Virus record (IMG/VR): IMGVR_UViG_3300045580_000155
Location: 1-29,043 of that record
Reading direction: 5' to 3' (one strand)
Length of the DNA: 29,043 bases
From: a virus
Taxonomy: Duplodnaviria > Caudoviricetes
Positions 18,917 to 26,885 of this stretch are shown one piece after another; the stretch's first letter is position 1, and the number at the start of each line of letters is the position of its first letter. Made by a program: the position numbers and the translations under genes. Below the pieces are notes generated by a model. That model ran no database searches and was not told where the DNA came from. It saw nothing but the letters and a program-made list of their open reading frames with translations.

Positions 18917-19099
18917 ATGGATAGCATAAAAACCAGTGTTCCATTGTTTATCAGACTGTTAGAATTCAGCAGAGAAGACTCAGCCAGTGACCTGGATCTG
19001 CACTACATTGCTGAAGCAGTCAGTGAACTGTCGGAGCATAAGACCTTGACAATGAAGGACTATGAATCAATAATTGAGCACACGCCTAAAAATAAGTAA
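18917..19099 (+). CDS. Small acidic hypothetical protein (VPLFIRLLEFSRED family)
   Basis: Start refined to ATG 18917 after TAAGGAG. Motif recalled from large aquatic myovirus genomes, unverified. Confidence 0.75.
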   Translation: MDSIKTSVPLFIRLLEFSREDSASDLDLHYIAEAVSELSEHKTLTMKDYESIIEHTPKNK

Positions 19100-19116
19100 T
19101 AGACTTGTGTATCTAA

Positions 19117-19122
19117 TAAATA
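19117..19122 (+). promoter_or_regulatory. T4-type late promoter core TAAATA, leaderless start
   Basis: TAATAAATA-cata-ATG(19127); no SD. Confidence 0.7.
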
Positions 19123-19126
19123 CATA

Positions 19127-19510
19127 ATGAAATACAAATACTATGTTCCCTATTATGATTATATCAGCCCTGAATTAAAAAAACGACAGGGCCGTCCAAG
19201 ACAAAGATTTTTAGATCCCCTCAGTGAAAAAGGCCAAGAGCGCGAACGCTACTATGCCTGGGCCAAACATCGCAGTCAGGCTCACTATAGACAGGAAAGT
19301 TATAGTCTTAGCAGTGAAGACTGGAATGAATTATGGACAGAAGAGCGTTGGCAGCAGCGTGGCAGACACACTGACAGTGTTGTAATGGCCAGGATAGACA
19401 GACTGCTGCCCTGGAGCAAGGACAATGTGGAATTTATTACCAGACGTGAACAACTGCGTCGTAATGGACTGATGAGGAGACTACAGGGCAGTGTTCGATC
19501 CAAACTTTGA
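19127..19510 (+). CDS. Putative His-Me/HNH-like endonuclease, related to 2261-2572
   Basis: LSSEDWNELW...RGR...VVMARIDRLLPWSKDNV aligns by eye with the 2261 protein; AT-hook-like RQGRPR. Confidence 0.6.
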   Translation: MKYKYYVPYYDYISPELKKRQGRPRQRFLDPLSEKGQERERYYAWAKHRSQAHYRQESYSLSSEDWNELWTEERWQQRGRHTDSVVMARIDRLLPWSKDNVEFITRREQLRRNGLMRRLQGSVRSKL

Positions 19511-19676
19511 CCCCTATGATAGACTAGTAGGACTAGAACAAGAGGTCCTGGAACTTAGACGTAATTTCTTCTTAAGGGACCAACAGTTACTACAACTCGT
19601 CAGTCAGCAGAATCACTTGATTACCTTGATACGACAACTTAGACTAGAACTTGACCGAGTAAAAAATAGTGATTAG
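19491..19676 (+). CDS. Small coiled-coil hypothetical protein
   Basis: Leu/Gln heptads; GAGGAG upstream of GTG. Confidence 0.6.
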   Translation: MFDPNFDPYDRLVGLEQEVLELRRNFFLRDQQLLQLVSQQNHLITLIRQLRLELDRVKNSD

Positions 19677-19839
19677 AGATTTATTTGAAGCCCTGCTGTT
19701 AGGCACGCTAATTGCCTGTGTCACTGACATCCATTGGGGCATAATTGCCCTGTTCTTTTGGATTTTAGTATGTCAACTGTTAAGGCACAAAGAATTAGAC
19801 AGTGAATATGAACATATAGATAGAGATTTGTTTAAATAA
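19669..19839 (+). CDS. 56-aa membrane protein (holin-like topology), not in the ORF track
   Basis: GTG start; MIRDLFEALLLGTLIACVTDIHWGIIALFFWILVCQLLRHKELDSEYEHIDRDLFK: hydrophobic stretches plus charged tail. Confidence 0.55.
   Translation: MIRDLFEALLLGTLIACVTDIHWGIIALFFWILVCQLLRHKELDSEYEHIDRDLFK
19833..19838 (+). promoter_or_regulatory. T4-type late promoter core TAAATA driving candidate sRNA-2
   Basis: Overlaps the upstream stop; hairpin starts 4 nt downstream at 19843. Confidence 0.65.
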
Positions 19840-19842
19840 TGT

Positions 19843-19926
19843 GCAGGCTCAGGGTTGAGTCTGCTTTTGACATTATTAACTGCGTTTAACTCGCATTTAG
19901 ACCTCTTTTATTAGGGGTCTTTTTTT
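19843..19926 (+). ncRNA. Candidate small RNA (sRNA-2, ~84 nt)
   Basis: 5' hairpin GCAGGCTCA-GGGT-TGAGTCTGC, single-stranded TTTTGACATTATTAAC, small TGCG/CGCA stem, terminator. Confidence 0.65.
19899..19926 (+). terminator. Rho-independent terminator
   Basis: AGACCTCT-TTTATT-AGGGGTCT (one G-U) followed by a T run. Confidence 0.85.
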
Positions 19927-19932
19927 GAACAC

Positions 19933-19940
19933 TATAAATA
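19933..19940 (+). promoter_or_regulatory. Perfect T4 late promoter consensus TATAAATA heading the packaging operon
   Basis: Just after the terminator; ATG 19946 is 5 nt downstream with no SD. Confidence 0.75.
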
Positions 19941-19945
19941 CAACT

Positions 19946-20431
19946 ATGACAATACACGACAGCGGCTCAGTGAGCCTTCGACCCGTTAAGACGGAATGCA
20001 GCCACGATGACTGTGACTGTGAGATACCGGCAGAAACCCCTGAACAAGAGATTGCATCCAAATGGGAATTTAAACCCAGACAAAATCCTAAATGGGGCAC
20101 AGTTACTCGTCAAGGGCTCATAGTAGGACGTGGAGCGAGAAAGCGAGTAGTGCCACCTGATGAAGTCTATAAGTTGGCTGCATTGGGCTGCACTATGGAA
20201 GAAATGGCAGATTGGTTCCAAATCAATAGAGAAACACTGAAATATAACTTTAGTGAATACATAGCAAAAGGTCAGGCTGAACTAAAGACTAGACTTAGAC
20301 GTGCTCAGATAAAAACTGCCCTGGATGGTAATGCCACTATGTTAGTGTGGTTGGGCAAGAATATCTTGGGCCAAACTGACACACCTTCAAATAATACAGC
20401 CAATGAACCCTTACCTTGGACAGATCAATGA
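19946..20431 (+). CDS. terS: Terminase small subunit (HTH DNA-packaging protein)
   Basis: EVYKLAALGCTMEEMADWF..NRETL...LRRAQ...GNATMLVWLGKNILGQ.D; upstream of TerL; start refined to ATG 19946. Confidence 0.75.
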   Translation: MTIHDSGSVSLRPVKTECSHDDCDCEIPAETPEQEIASKWEFKPRQNPKWGTVTRQGLIVGRGARKRVVPPDEVYKLAALGCTMEEMADWFQINRETLKYNFSEYIAKGQAELKTRLRRAQIKTALDGNATMLVWLGKNILGQTDTPSNNTANEPLPWTDQ

Positions 20432-20799
20432 CTGTAGATGAACGTATTGGCATTCTAGAAGAAAGAACTACAAATATCGGTGTGAGATTGGATGAAGTTA
20501 GGCAGGAAGTAAAAGAAATGCACGACTGCTTGGACAGAACAAGAGATTTATTAGATGCCAAGATGGAATCAATGTTAGTGGAATATAGACAGAATAGAGA
20601 TAATTTTTATACTAAATTGGATGAACATAATCGAACGAATACACAGGGTCATCAGGAAATGATGACTAAAATAAATGATTTGGAGCGAGCGAAAAACAAG
20701 GCCACAATCATAGGTATAGCCCTAGCAGCATTTATAGCAGGCACCGGCTATCTTACCCACGGTGAAGTGGCCAAGATAATACGACTGCTCGCTGGATGA
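20428..20799 (+). CDS. Coiled-coil protein with C-terminal membrane anchor (XhlA/holin-like architecture)
   Basis: ERIGILEE... coiled coil, then ATIIGIALAAFIAGTGYL; ATGA coupling. Confidence 0.6.
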   Translation: MTVDERIGILEERTTNIGVRLDEVRQEVKEMHDCLDRTRDLLDAKMESMLVEYRQNRDNFYTKLDEHNRTNTQGHQEMMTKINDLERAKNKATIIGIALAAFIAGTGYLTHGEVAKIIRLLAG

Positions 20800-20969
20800 A
20801 GATAGACATCAACTGGTCCGATATACCTACAGAATGGCTAGAAACAGATTATCTAGTTATAGCAGACTTTTGGGAAGATGGTGTAGAATGGTGTCATTTA
20901 CAAATTCTCAATCCCCTGGTCAGTGCTTGGATATTACGCCATCATCCTGAATGGATTTACTACGATTAA
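20796..20969 (+). CDS. 57-aa Trp-rich hypothetical protein, not in the ORF track
   Basis: MKIDINWSDIPTEWLETD...; ATGA overlap upstream and stop abutting the TerL ATG. Confidence 0.65.
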   Translation: MKIDINWSDIPTEWLETDYLVIADFWEDGVEWCHLQILNPLVSAWILRHHPEWIYYD

Positions 20970-22205
20970 ATGTCATTAACACCTGCTCAACAACAAATAG
21001 CATACAGTCCTAGTAGAATGACTGTGGCAATTTGCGGACGTAGATTTGGAAAAACTTTTCTTGCTCGTAATCGCATTGCCTATGCTGCTAGAATTCCCAA
21101 TCAAGAAGTATGGTATGTGGCTCCTACTTATAGACAGGCCAAACAGATAATGTGGCGTAGTTTAAAAAATAAACTACAAGATTTAAGATGGATTAAAAAA
21201 ATCAATGAGTCTGAACTTAGTATAGTATTAAAAAATAATAGCATAATATATCTTAAGGGCAGTGACAATAGTGACAGCCTCCGTGGTAGTCGAATTCATT
21301 ATTTGGTCTGCGACGAATTTGCTCTTATGGACAGTGAAAGTTGGTTTAGCGTGCTTAGACCTATGCTCAGTGACACACAAGGTCGTGCTCTGTTTATTAG
21401 CACACCTATGGGACAGGCTAACTGGGCTTATGACCTGTATCAAATGCAGCATACACAGCCTGAAGTTTGGCGAAGTTTTTCATATTCTACGTTAGATGGC
21501 GGTCAGGTCAGCGAAGAAGAGATAGAAGCCGCAAGGCTTGACTTAGACGAGCGGACCTTTCGTCAGGAATTTATGGCCACATTTGAACAATTTCAAAATA
21601 GAGTCTATTACAGTTTTGACAGAGTCTATAATGTTCTAGATGCTGGGGATATGAACACTGATATTATATATTGTGGAATTGATTTTAATGTCAGCCCAGT
21701 AACAGCAGTTATAGCAATTAGACAGGGAGACAATTTATATGTCATCGACGAAATCCGTATGTATTCTTCTAATACCCAAGAACTTGCGGCAGAAATACAT
21801 AGCAGATATCCAACGAGTAAGAAGTTCGCATATCCAGATCCCTCAGGAACGCAGCGTAGAACCTCGGCTGGCGGCCTTACTGACCACACGATACTCGCCA
21901 ACAATCAATTTACAGTCAAATCACCAAGAAGCCATACTCCGGTTAGAGACAGAATCAATGCAGTCAATTCCAGATTGTGCTCAGCAGCGGGCAAAAGACA
22001 CCTCTTTATAAGCCCACGGTGTAAATATACTATAGAAAGTTTAGAAAAGCATAGTTATCGACAAGACAGTGTTCAGCCTGACAAAGATAGTGGATGGGAC
22101 CACTTAACTGATGCTCTAGGCTATATGGTTGATTACCTGTTTCCTATACGAAGAAATCAGGAACCACAACGTGCCCAACGATGGGTGCATAGAATACAAG
22201 GATAA
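20970..22205 (+). CDS. terL: Terminase large subunit
   Basis: Walker A GRRFGKT, YVAPTYRQAK, Walker B YLVCDE, coupling motif ISTP, nuclease GIDFN...DHLTDALGY. Confidence 0.97.
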   Translation: MSLTPAQQQIAYSPSRMTVAICGRRFGKTFLARNRIAYAARIPNQEVWYVAPTYRQAKQIMWRSLKNKLQDLRWIKKINESELSIVLKNNSIIYLKGSDNSDSLRGSRIHYLVCDEFALMDSESWFSVLRPMLSDTQGRALFISTPMGQANWAYDLYQMQHTQPEVWRSFSYSTLDGGQVSEEEIEAARLDLDERTFRQEFMATFEQFQNRVYYSFDRVYNVLDAGDMNTDIIYCGIDFNVSPVTAVIAIRQGDNLYVIDEIRMYSSNTQELAAEIHSRYPTSKKFAYPDPSGTQRRTSAGGLTDHTILANNQFTVKSPRSHTPVRDRINAVNSRLCSAAGKRHLFISPRCKYTIESLEKHSYRQDSVQPDKDSGWDHLTDALGYMVDYLFPIRRNQEPQRAQRWVHRIQG

Positions 22206-22210
22206 TAAAG

Positions 22211-23770
22211 ATGAATGTAATAGAAACCCTAAATGAAGAACTAAGAAGACTGTTACAGGGTAATCAACTCTATGAAGATTATATTGACCAATGGAAGTTT
22301 TTACTTGAAAGTTTCGTCGGAGGACGTGAATATAGAGATGGAAATCATTTGACACGTTATCAATTAGAAACTGATGCAGAATATGCTGCACGTATTAGAA
22401 CAACTCCTTTACAAAATCACTGTGCCAGTGTTATACAAATCTATAATAGTTTCTTGTTTAGACAAAGTCCTGAACGTGATTTTAGTCTAAATGGACAACA
22501 AGAATTAGTAGAGATGACACTGAGAGATGCTGACTTTGATGGTCGCAGTCTTGATGCCTTTATGAAAGAGGCTGCTACCTGGGCCAGTGTGTTTGGACAC
22601 AGTTGGATCATAGTCAGCAAGCCTAATGTTGGTGCTGTAACACAGGCTGATGAACAGGCTCTTGGTGTTAGACCCTATCTCAGTGTGCTTACTCCAATGG
22701 TAGTGTTAGATTGGCAGTATCAGCGTCAGCCCAATGGCAGTATGGAATTAGTTCTGCTACGTTATTTGGAAGATGTCACTGGTGATTCACGAACAGTAAG
22801 AGTATGGACCAAGGAATCAATTACGACCACAACCATTGATGTTAAAAAGGGCTATATAGAAACTGAATTAATAGAACCAAATCAACTAGGACGAATTCCT
22901 GCTGTCTGTGTTTATAATGGACGCAGCATCGTGCGTGGATTCGGCATCAGCGACATAGCAGACACGGCCTATGTTCAAAAGTTTATCTATAACTGTCTAA
23001 GTGAAGTAGAGCAGACTATTCGTATGGATAGCCATCCCAGTCTAGTGGTAACCCCTGAAACCAATGTGGGCACTGGCAGTGGAGCCATTATACATATGCC
23101 CGAGAATCTAGATCCAGGACTAAAACCCTATCTATTAGAATTTACGGGTGCTGAAGTCAATAACATTCTAACCACTATAGACCGAGCAGTGGACAGTATT
23201 GACCGTATGAGCAACACAGGCAGCATACGAATGACTGAAGCACGTCGTCAAACAGCCGCAGCACAAGAGCAAGAGTTCCAAATGCTAAATGCTCGTCTCA
23301 GCGAAAAAGCCGATAACCTAGAACTAGCAGAAGAACAAATGTGGCAATTTTGGTTTGCTTATCAAGGCGAAACCTGGATGGGCAGTGTTGAATATCCTAA
23401 CAGTTTTAATATTCGTGATGAACAAATGGAAATCAGTCAACTACAACAGGCTCGTAGTGCTGCTACTGATCCGGCTGTGCTGCGTGAAATTGACAAGAAG
23501 ATTTTAGAATTCTTAGGGGTAGAACCTGAAGCAGTGTTTGCCTATGAAGACATTAAGCCAGAACAGGGTAGAACATATCCTGATGGCGAATCTATACCTG
23601 AATCATTGCCACCTGCATATCAAGACAGTGCCAGCCCTGATGTGCCAGGCGAGCAAAAGTGTGCTAATTGTAATTACTATGTGGCCACAGAAAGTTATTG
23701 TAATAAGTTTGATGCACTAGTTAGACCCATTTATTGGTGTGCTAGTTGGGAACAGAAAGAAGAAGAATGA
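22211..23770 (+). CDS. Portal protein with C-terminal HiPIP-like four-Cys domain
   Basis: Follows TerL; DADFDGRSLDAFM...FGHSWIIV, NQLGRIPAV, GISDIAD, VEYPNSF portal motifs; tail CANC-x9-C-x12-C. Confidence 0.9.
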   Translation: MNVIETLNEELRRLLQGNQLYEDYIDQWKFLLESFVGGREYRDGNHLTRYQLETDAEYAARIRTTPLQNHCASVIQIYNSFLFRQSPERDFSLNGQQELVEMTLRDADFDGRSLDAFMKEAATWASVFGHSWIIVSKPNVGAVTQADEQALGVRPYLSVLTPMVVLDWQYQRQPNGSMELVLLRYLEDVTGDSRTVRVWTKESITTTTIDVKKGYIETELIEPNQLGRIPAVCVYNGRSIVRGFGISDIADTAYVQKFIYNCLSEVEQTIRMDSHPSLVVTPETNVGTGSGAIIHMPENLDPGLKPYLLEFTGAEVNNILTTIDRAVDSIDRMSNTGSIRMTEARRQTAAAQEQEFQMLNARLSEKADNLELAEEQMWQFWFAYQGETWMGSVEYPNSFNIRDEQMEISQLQQARSAATDPAVLREIDKKILEFLGVEPEAVFAYEDIKPEQGRTYPDGESIPESLPPAYQDSASPDVPGEQKCANCNYYVATESYCNKFDALVRPIYWCASWEQKEEE

Positions 23771-24129
23771 CCGGGAGCGAATCGGTGAGACTTCCTTACA
23801 GGCACATTAGAGAATTTAGACAGCAAACACTGCTGTTACAAAATAATCAATGTGCTCTATGTGAGGACATTATAACAGATGATGCAGTATTGGATCACTG
23901 TCATAGAACAGGACTAGTCAGACAGGTATTGCATAGAGGGTGTAACGCACTATTGGGAAAAATAGAAAACAATCTTAAGCGTAATCGTATAACGACCACC
24001 CGATTAGAGCGCATTGCTCTTAACCTAACTGACTATATCCTAACTGAACACACAGACATAGTTCATCCAAAACATCAAGGAGCAGATATGAAAAAGTCAA
24101 AGCGTAAACCAGCAAAAAAGAAATATTAA
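23767..24129 (+). CDS. Endonuclease VII-like (His-Me finger) nuclease
   Basis: QNNQCALC...VLDHCHRTGLVRQVLHRGCNALLG; start refined to ATG 23767 (ATGA overlap). Confidence 0.85.
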   Translation: MTGSESVRLPYRHIREFRQQTLLLQNNQCALCEDIITDDAVLDHCHRTGLVRQVLHRGCNALLGKIENNLKRNRITTTRLERIALNLTDYILTEHTDIVHPKHQGADMKKSKRKPAKKKY

Positions 24130-24130
24130 T

Positions 24131-24175
24131 ACTTAGATATATGAATTATATCTTATAATTTTTATAGATATAAGT
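24131..24175. repeat. AT-rich imperfect palindrome
   Basis: Core AATTATA-TCT-TATAATT with outer arms ACTTA...TAAGT. Confidence 0.55.
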
Positions 24176-24189
24176 TTAAGGAGAATATA

Positions 24190-24351
24190 ATGGCTCTCAA
24201 ACGCGGTTATGGAAAAAAGACAATTAGTAAAAACATTGCCTCAGAAGTAAGAGCAGGTCGTAGTGTCAAACAGGCAGTGGCCATTGCTTATAGTGTGGCT
24301 CGTAAATCAGCACCAAAGAGTCAACGAGCACGTTTTACCAAGAAGAAATAA
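24190..24351 (+). CDS. 53-aa highly basic protein (KQAVAIAYS family), not in the ORF track
   Basis: TAAGGAG SD; MALKRGYGKKTISKNIASEVRAGRSVKQAVAIAYSVARK..., a common small phage family near head genes. Confidence 0.85.
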   Translation: MALKRGYGKKTISKNIASEVRAGRSVKQAVAIAYSVARKSAPKSQRARFTKKK

Positions 24352-24382
24352 CCATTATTACTCATTATTTTTACCAATATAA

Positions 24383-24410
24383 TAAATACTCCATATAACT
24401 CATAATGGAG
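24383..24410 (+). promoter_or_regulatory. T4-type late promoter core TAAATA plus SD-sequestering hairpin for the scaffold/capsid operon
   Basis: TAAATA(24383-24388), then CTCCAT(24389-24394) pairing with ATGGAG(24405-24410), which contains the SD. Confidence 0.7.
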
Positions 24411-24421
24411 GCGATGCCACA

Positions 24422-25090
24422 ATGTCAGACAATACATTGACGGAGGTCACTGATACCTCAGAAACAAATCAGGCCCAGGTAGCAAGAACTTACAGTCAAG
24501 AAGAAGTTGATGGAATGATGGCAAGGATGAAATCCAGCCTTCAAAAACGACTACTAAAACCCTATGAAGACCTAGGTGATCCTGAAGAACTTAGAAACAT
24601 TAAAACAGAATGGGAAAAGCGACAACAGGAACAACAGGTCAAGCGTGGAGAGTTTGAAAAAATTCTACAGGATAAGGCTGCTCGGTGGGAACAAGAAATA
24701 GCAAAAAGAGACCAAATCATTAAGGACTATCGTGTGAATACACCTTTACTGTCAGCAGCAGCACGTTATAATGCAGTCAATGCCGAGCAGGTAAAGAGTC
24801 TTCTTATTTCCAATGTTAGACTTAATGACACAGGTGATGTCGAAGTCATAGATAGCAAAGGTTCAGTTCGTTATACGGACCGTGGAGAACCATTAGGCGT
24901 TGATGACCTAGTGCGTGAATTTTTAGATTCGAATCCGCATTTCCGCACAGCAACTCCTGCTACTACGGCAACTCGGACCAGTATAGCAGCCCCTAGTCCT
25001 CAGAGAATAGATGTGTCTAAATTAGATATGAATAATCCTGAACATAAGAGGCTCTATCGAGAACATAGAAAGGCTTTAGGCCTTCGTTAA
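24422..25090 (+). CDS. Capsid scaffolding protein
   Basis: TYSQEEVD, coiled coil, EFLDSNPHF; directly upstream of the capsid gene. Confidence 0.85.
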   Translation: MSDNTLTEVTDTSETNQAQVARTYSQEEVDGMMARMKSSLQKRLLKPYEDLGDPEELRNIKTEWEKRQQEQQVKRGEFEKILQDKAARWEQEIAKRDQIIKDYRVNTPLLSAAARYNAVNAEQVKSLLISNVRLNDTGDVEVIDSKGSVRYTDRGEPLGVDDLVREFLDSNPHFRTATPATTATRTSIAAPSPQRIDVSKLDMNNPEHKRLYREHRKALGLR

Positions 25091-25109
25091 ACTTTAAAGG
25101 ACATTTATT

Positions 25110-25961
25110 ATGGCTAATGAAAGCACAACCACTACGCTAAATGACCTCCTACCCAGCATTGTTGCAGAAGCATTGTTTGTGGCCAGTGAGGCATCAATTA
25201 TGCGTAATCTAGTAAGAAATTACACAATCCCAATGGGCAGTGGTAAAACAATCACAGTTCCACGTTATCCTCAGGTCAGCGCAGCAGCATTGACTGAAGG
25301 CACAGATTTGACCAATACAGCAGTCAGCACAGATGGCGCTGTATTAACTGTTAGTGAAGTTGGTGTTATGACAGTGGTCACTGACCTTGCTCGTATGGCC
25401 AGTGCCAGCAATGTAATCGCTGATGTAGGACGTTTATTTGGTGAAGCAATTGCTCGCAAAATTGACACTGACCTAACAGCACTGTTTGATGGTTTCTCAA
25501 CCAATGCACTTGGTGATGGCACTACAGCAATTACTGCTGCTGCTATTTTCCAAGCAGTGGCCAAACTACGCAGTGCTGGTGTTCCTCCAACAGATTTATT
25601 CTGTGTATTACACCCAGCAATTGCCTATGACCTCAAGGCCAATATGACCAACACATTTGCTAACCCAAATGCTGGTATTCTTCAAAATGAAGCAATGGCC
25701 ACTGGTTATGTGGGCACACTGGCTGGAGTTCCAATCTTTGAAACATCAAATATGGCCAATACTGGCACTACTGGTGATTACAAAGGTGGATTATTCCACA
25801 GAGACGCTCTTGGACTTGCCTTCCTACAAGACATCAAGATTGAAACACAGCGTGACGCAAGTCTCCGTGGTGATGAACTTGTAGCCACAGCAGTATATGG
25901 TGTTGGCGAATTGTATGATGGCTATGGCGTAGAATTACACTACGACTCAAGCATTCTTTAA
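25110..25961 (+). CDS. Major capsid protein (HK97 fold)
   Basis: GKTITVPRY...LTEGTDL, GEAIARKIDTDL, VLHP...YDL, GTLAGVPIFETSN, IETQRDASLR, VYGV. Confidence 0.93.
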   Translation: MANESTTTTLNDLLPSIVAEALFVASEASIMRNLVRNYTIPMGSGKTITVPRYPQVSAAALTEGTDLTNTAVSTDGAVLTVSEVGVMTVVTDLARMASASNVIADVGRLFGEAIARKIDTDLTALFDGFSTNALGDGTTAITAAAIFQAVAKLRSAGVPPTDLFCVLHPAIAYDLKANMTNTFANPNAGILQNEAMATGYVGTLAGVPIFETSNMANTGTTGDYKGGLFHRDALGLAFLQDIKIETQRDASLRGDELVATAVYGVGELYDGYGVELHYDSSIL

Positions 25962-25975
25962 TCAGGGAGCACTTT

Positions 25976-26485
25976 ATGGCTTTCATTATTGAATCTGGTT
26001 CTGTTACAAGTTTTGCTGAATATAGTGATGCTGTCACACAGGATCAGCGACTATTTTTAAGTAATGAAAGCCTCACTGATGACTATGTTGAGCCCTTATT
26101 GATTCGTGCCACAGAACGTATCTTGACAAGATTAAGAGCCAGTTCGTGGTGGCGTAGTTATTTCATTCAGAGAGACACTGCGACCACAATCAATACAGTG
26201 GCCGACATTCCAGGTCTTGACCCAGATCGTATTCTAAGCAGACAGGACGACTTCACAGACCTTTGTGTGTTTGTGGCCTTTAGCGACTATATTCTACCAG
26301 GTATAGCAGACTTTGGAGACGAAGCCAACAGCGAGCGTCAGAAAATGGGCTACTACAAACAACGTGGGGACGAACTCATAGCAGAATTGATTACGGCAGG
26401 AGACTGGTATGATTTTGACAATGACAGCACCATTGATACCACAGAAAAACAGCCCGGACAGGTAAATCTAAAGAGAATAAGATGA
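25976..26485 (+). CDS. Head-to-tail adaptor (putative)
   Basis: Position after the capsid gene; helical; YDFDNDSTID..EK C-terminus. Confidence 0.6.
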   Translation: MAFIIESGSVTSFAEYSDAVTQDQRLFLSNESLTDDYVEPLLIRATERILTRLRASSWWRSYFIQRDTATTINTVADIPGLDPDRILSRQDDFTDLCVFVAFSDYILPGIADFGDEANSERQKMGYYKQRGDELIAELITAGDWYDFDNDSTIDTTEKQPGQVNLKRIR

Positions 26486-26874
26486 GACAAGAGATATTAG
26501 ATTATATTGGAGATCTTAATCTTGGTGCATTTACCACCAGTCAGGAACTACCTTGGGACAGTTCAGGAACACCGCTTTACGTAAAAAACTTGAAAAAGAT
26601 TTACGTGGATCGTCCTGAATACACTGAGGAAACTGTGATAGCAACCTTAGATGGTGTTACTATAGAAAATCAAACCACATCAGTGCGAGCGTTCTTTGCT
26701 TGTGATGCCAAAGCACTACCACCCAGTTATGATGACCTAGTTCAGGACCTAAGATCTGTTAGAGATATTGACACAGTCACTGGCTTTTCAAGTCGTGGCT
26801 GCGAAATCACTAGTAGATTTGAATCAGATGTCTTGGTCACAGAACTGACTTATACTTTCGTCAAACTAATATAA
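26482..26874 (+). CDS. Tail terminator / completion protein (putative)
   Basis: 130 aa, MRQEILDYI start, immediately before the tail tube gene. Confidence 0.55.
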   Translation: MRQEILDYIGDLNLGAFTTSQELPWDSSGTPLYVKNLKKIYVDRPEYTEETVIATLDGVTIENQTTSVRAFFACDAKALPPSYDDLVQDLRSVRDIDTVTGFSSRGCEITSRFESDVLVTELTYTFVKLI

Positions 26875-26885
26875 AGGAAACAACT

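Noticed and set aside
19933-19940. Archaeal TATA box or sigma70 -10 reading of TAAATA
   Set aside because: The 4-5 nt spacing to inferred starts is far too short for a TATA box, the motif lacks the TAnnnT pattern, and no consistently spaced -35 is present.
22022-22027. TAAATA inside terL as a promoter
   Set aside because: About 180 nt from the next start with no hairpin or start codon at the expected spacing; treated as background.
21262-25884. Nested alternative-frame + strand ORFs (21262, 21739, 23538, 25657)
   Set aside because: Fully inside TerL, portal or capsid genes, with no SD or motif support.
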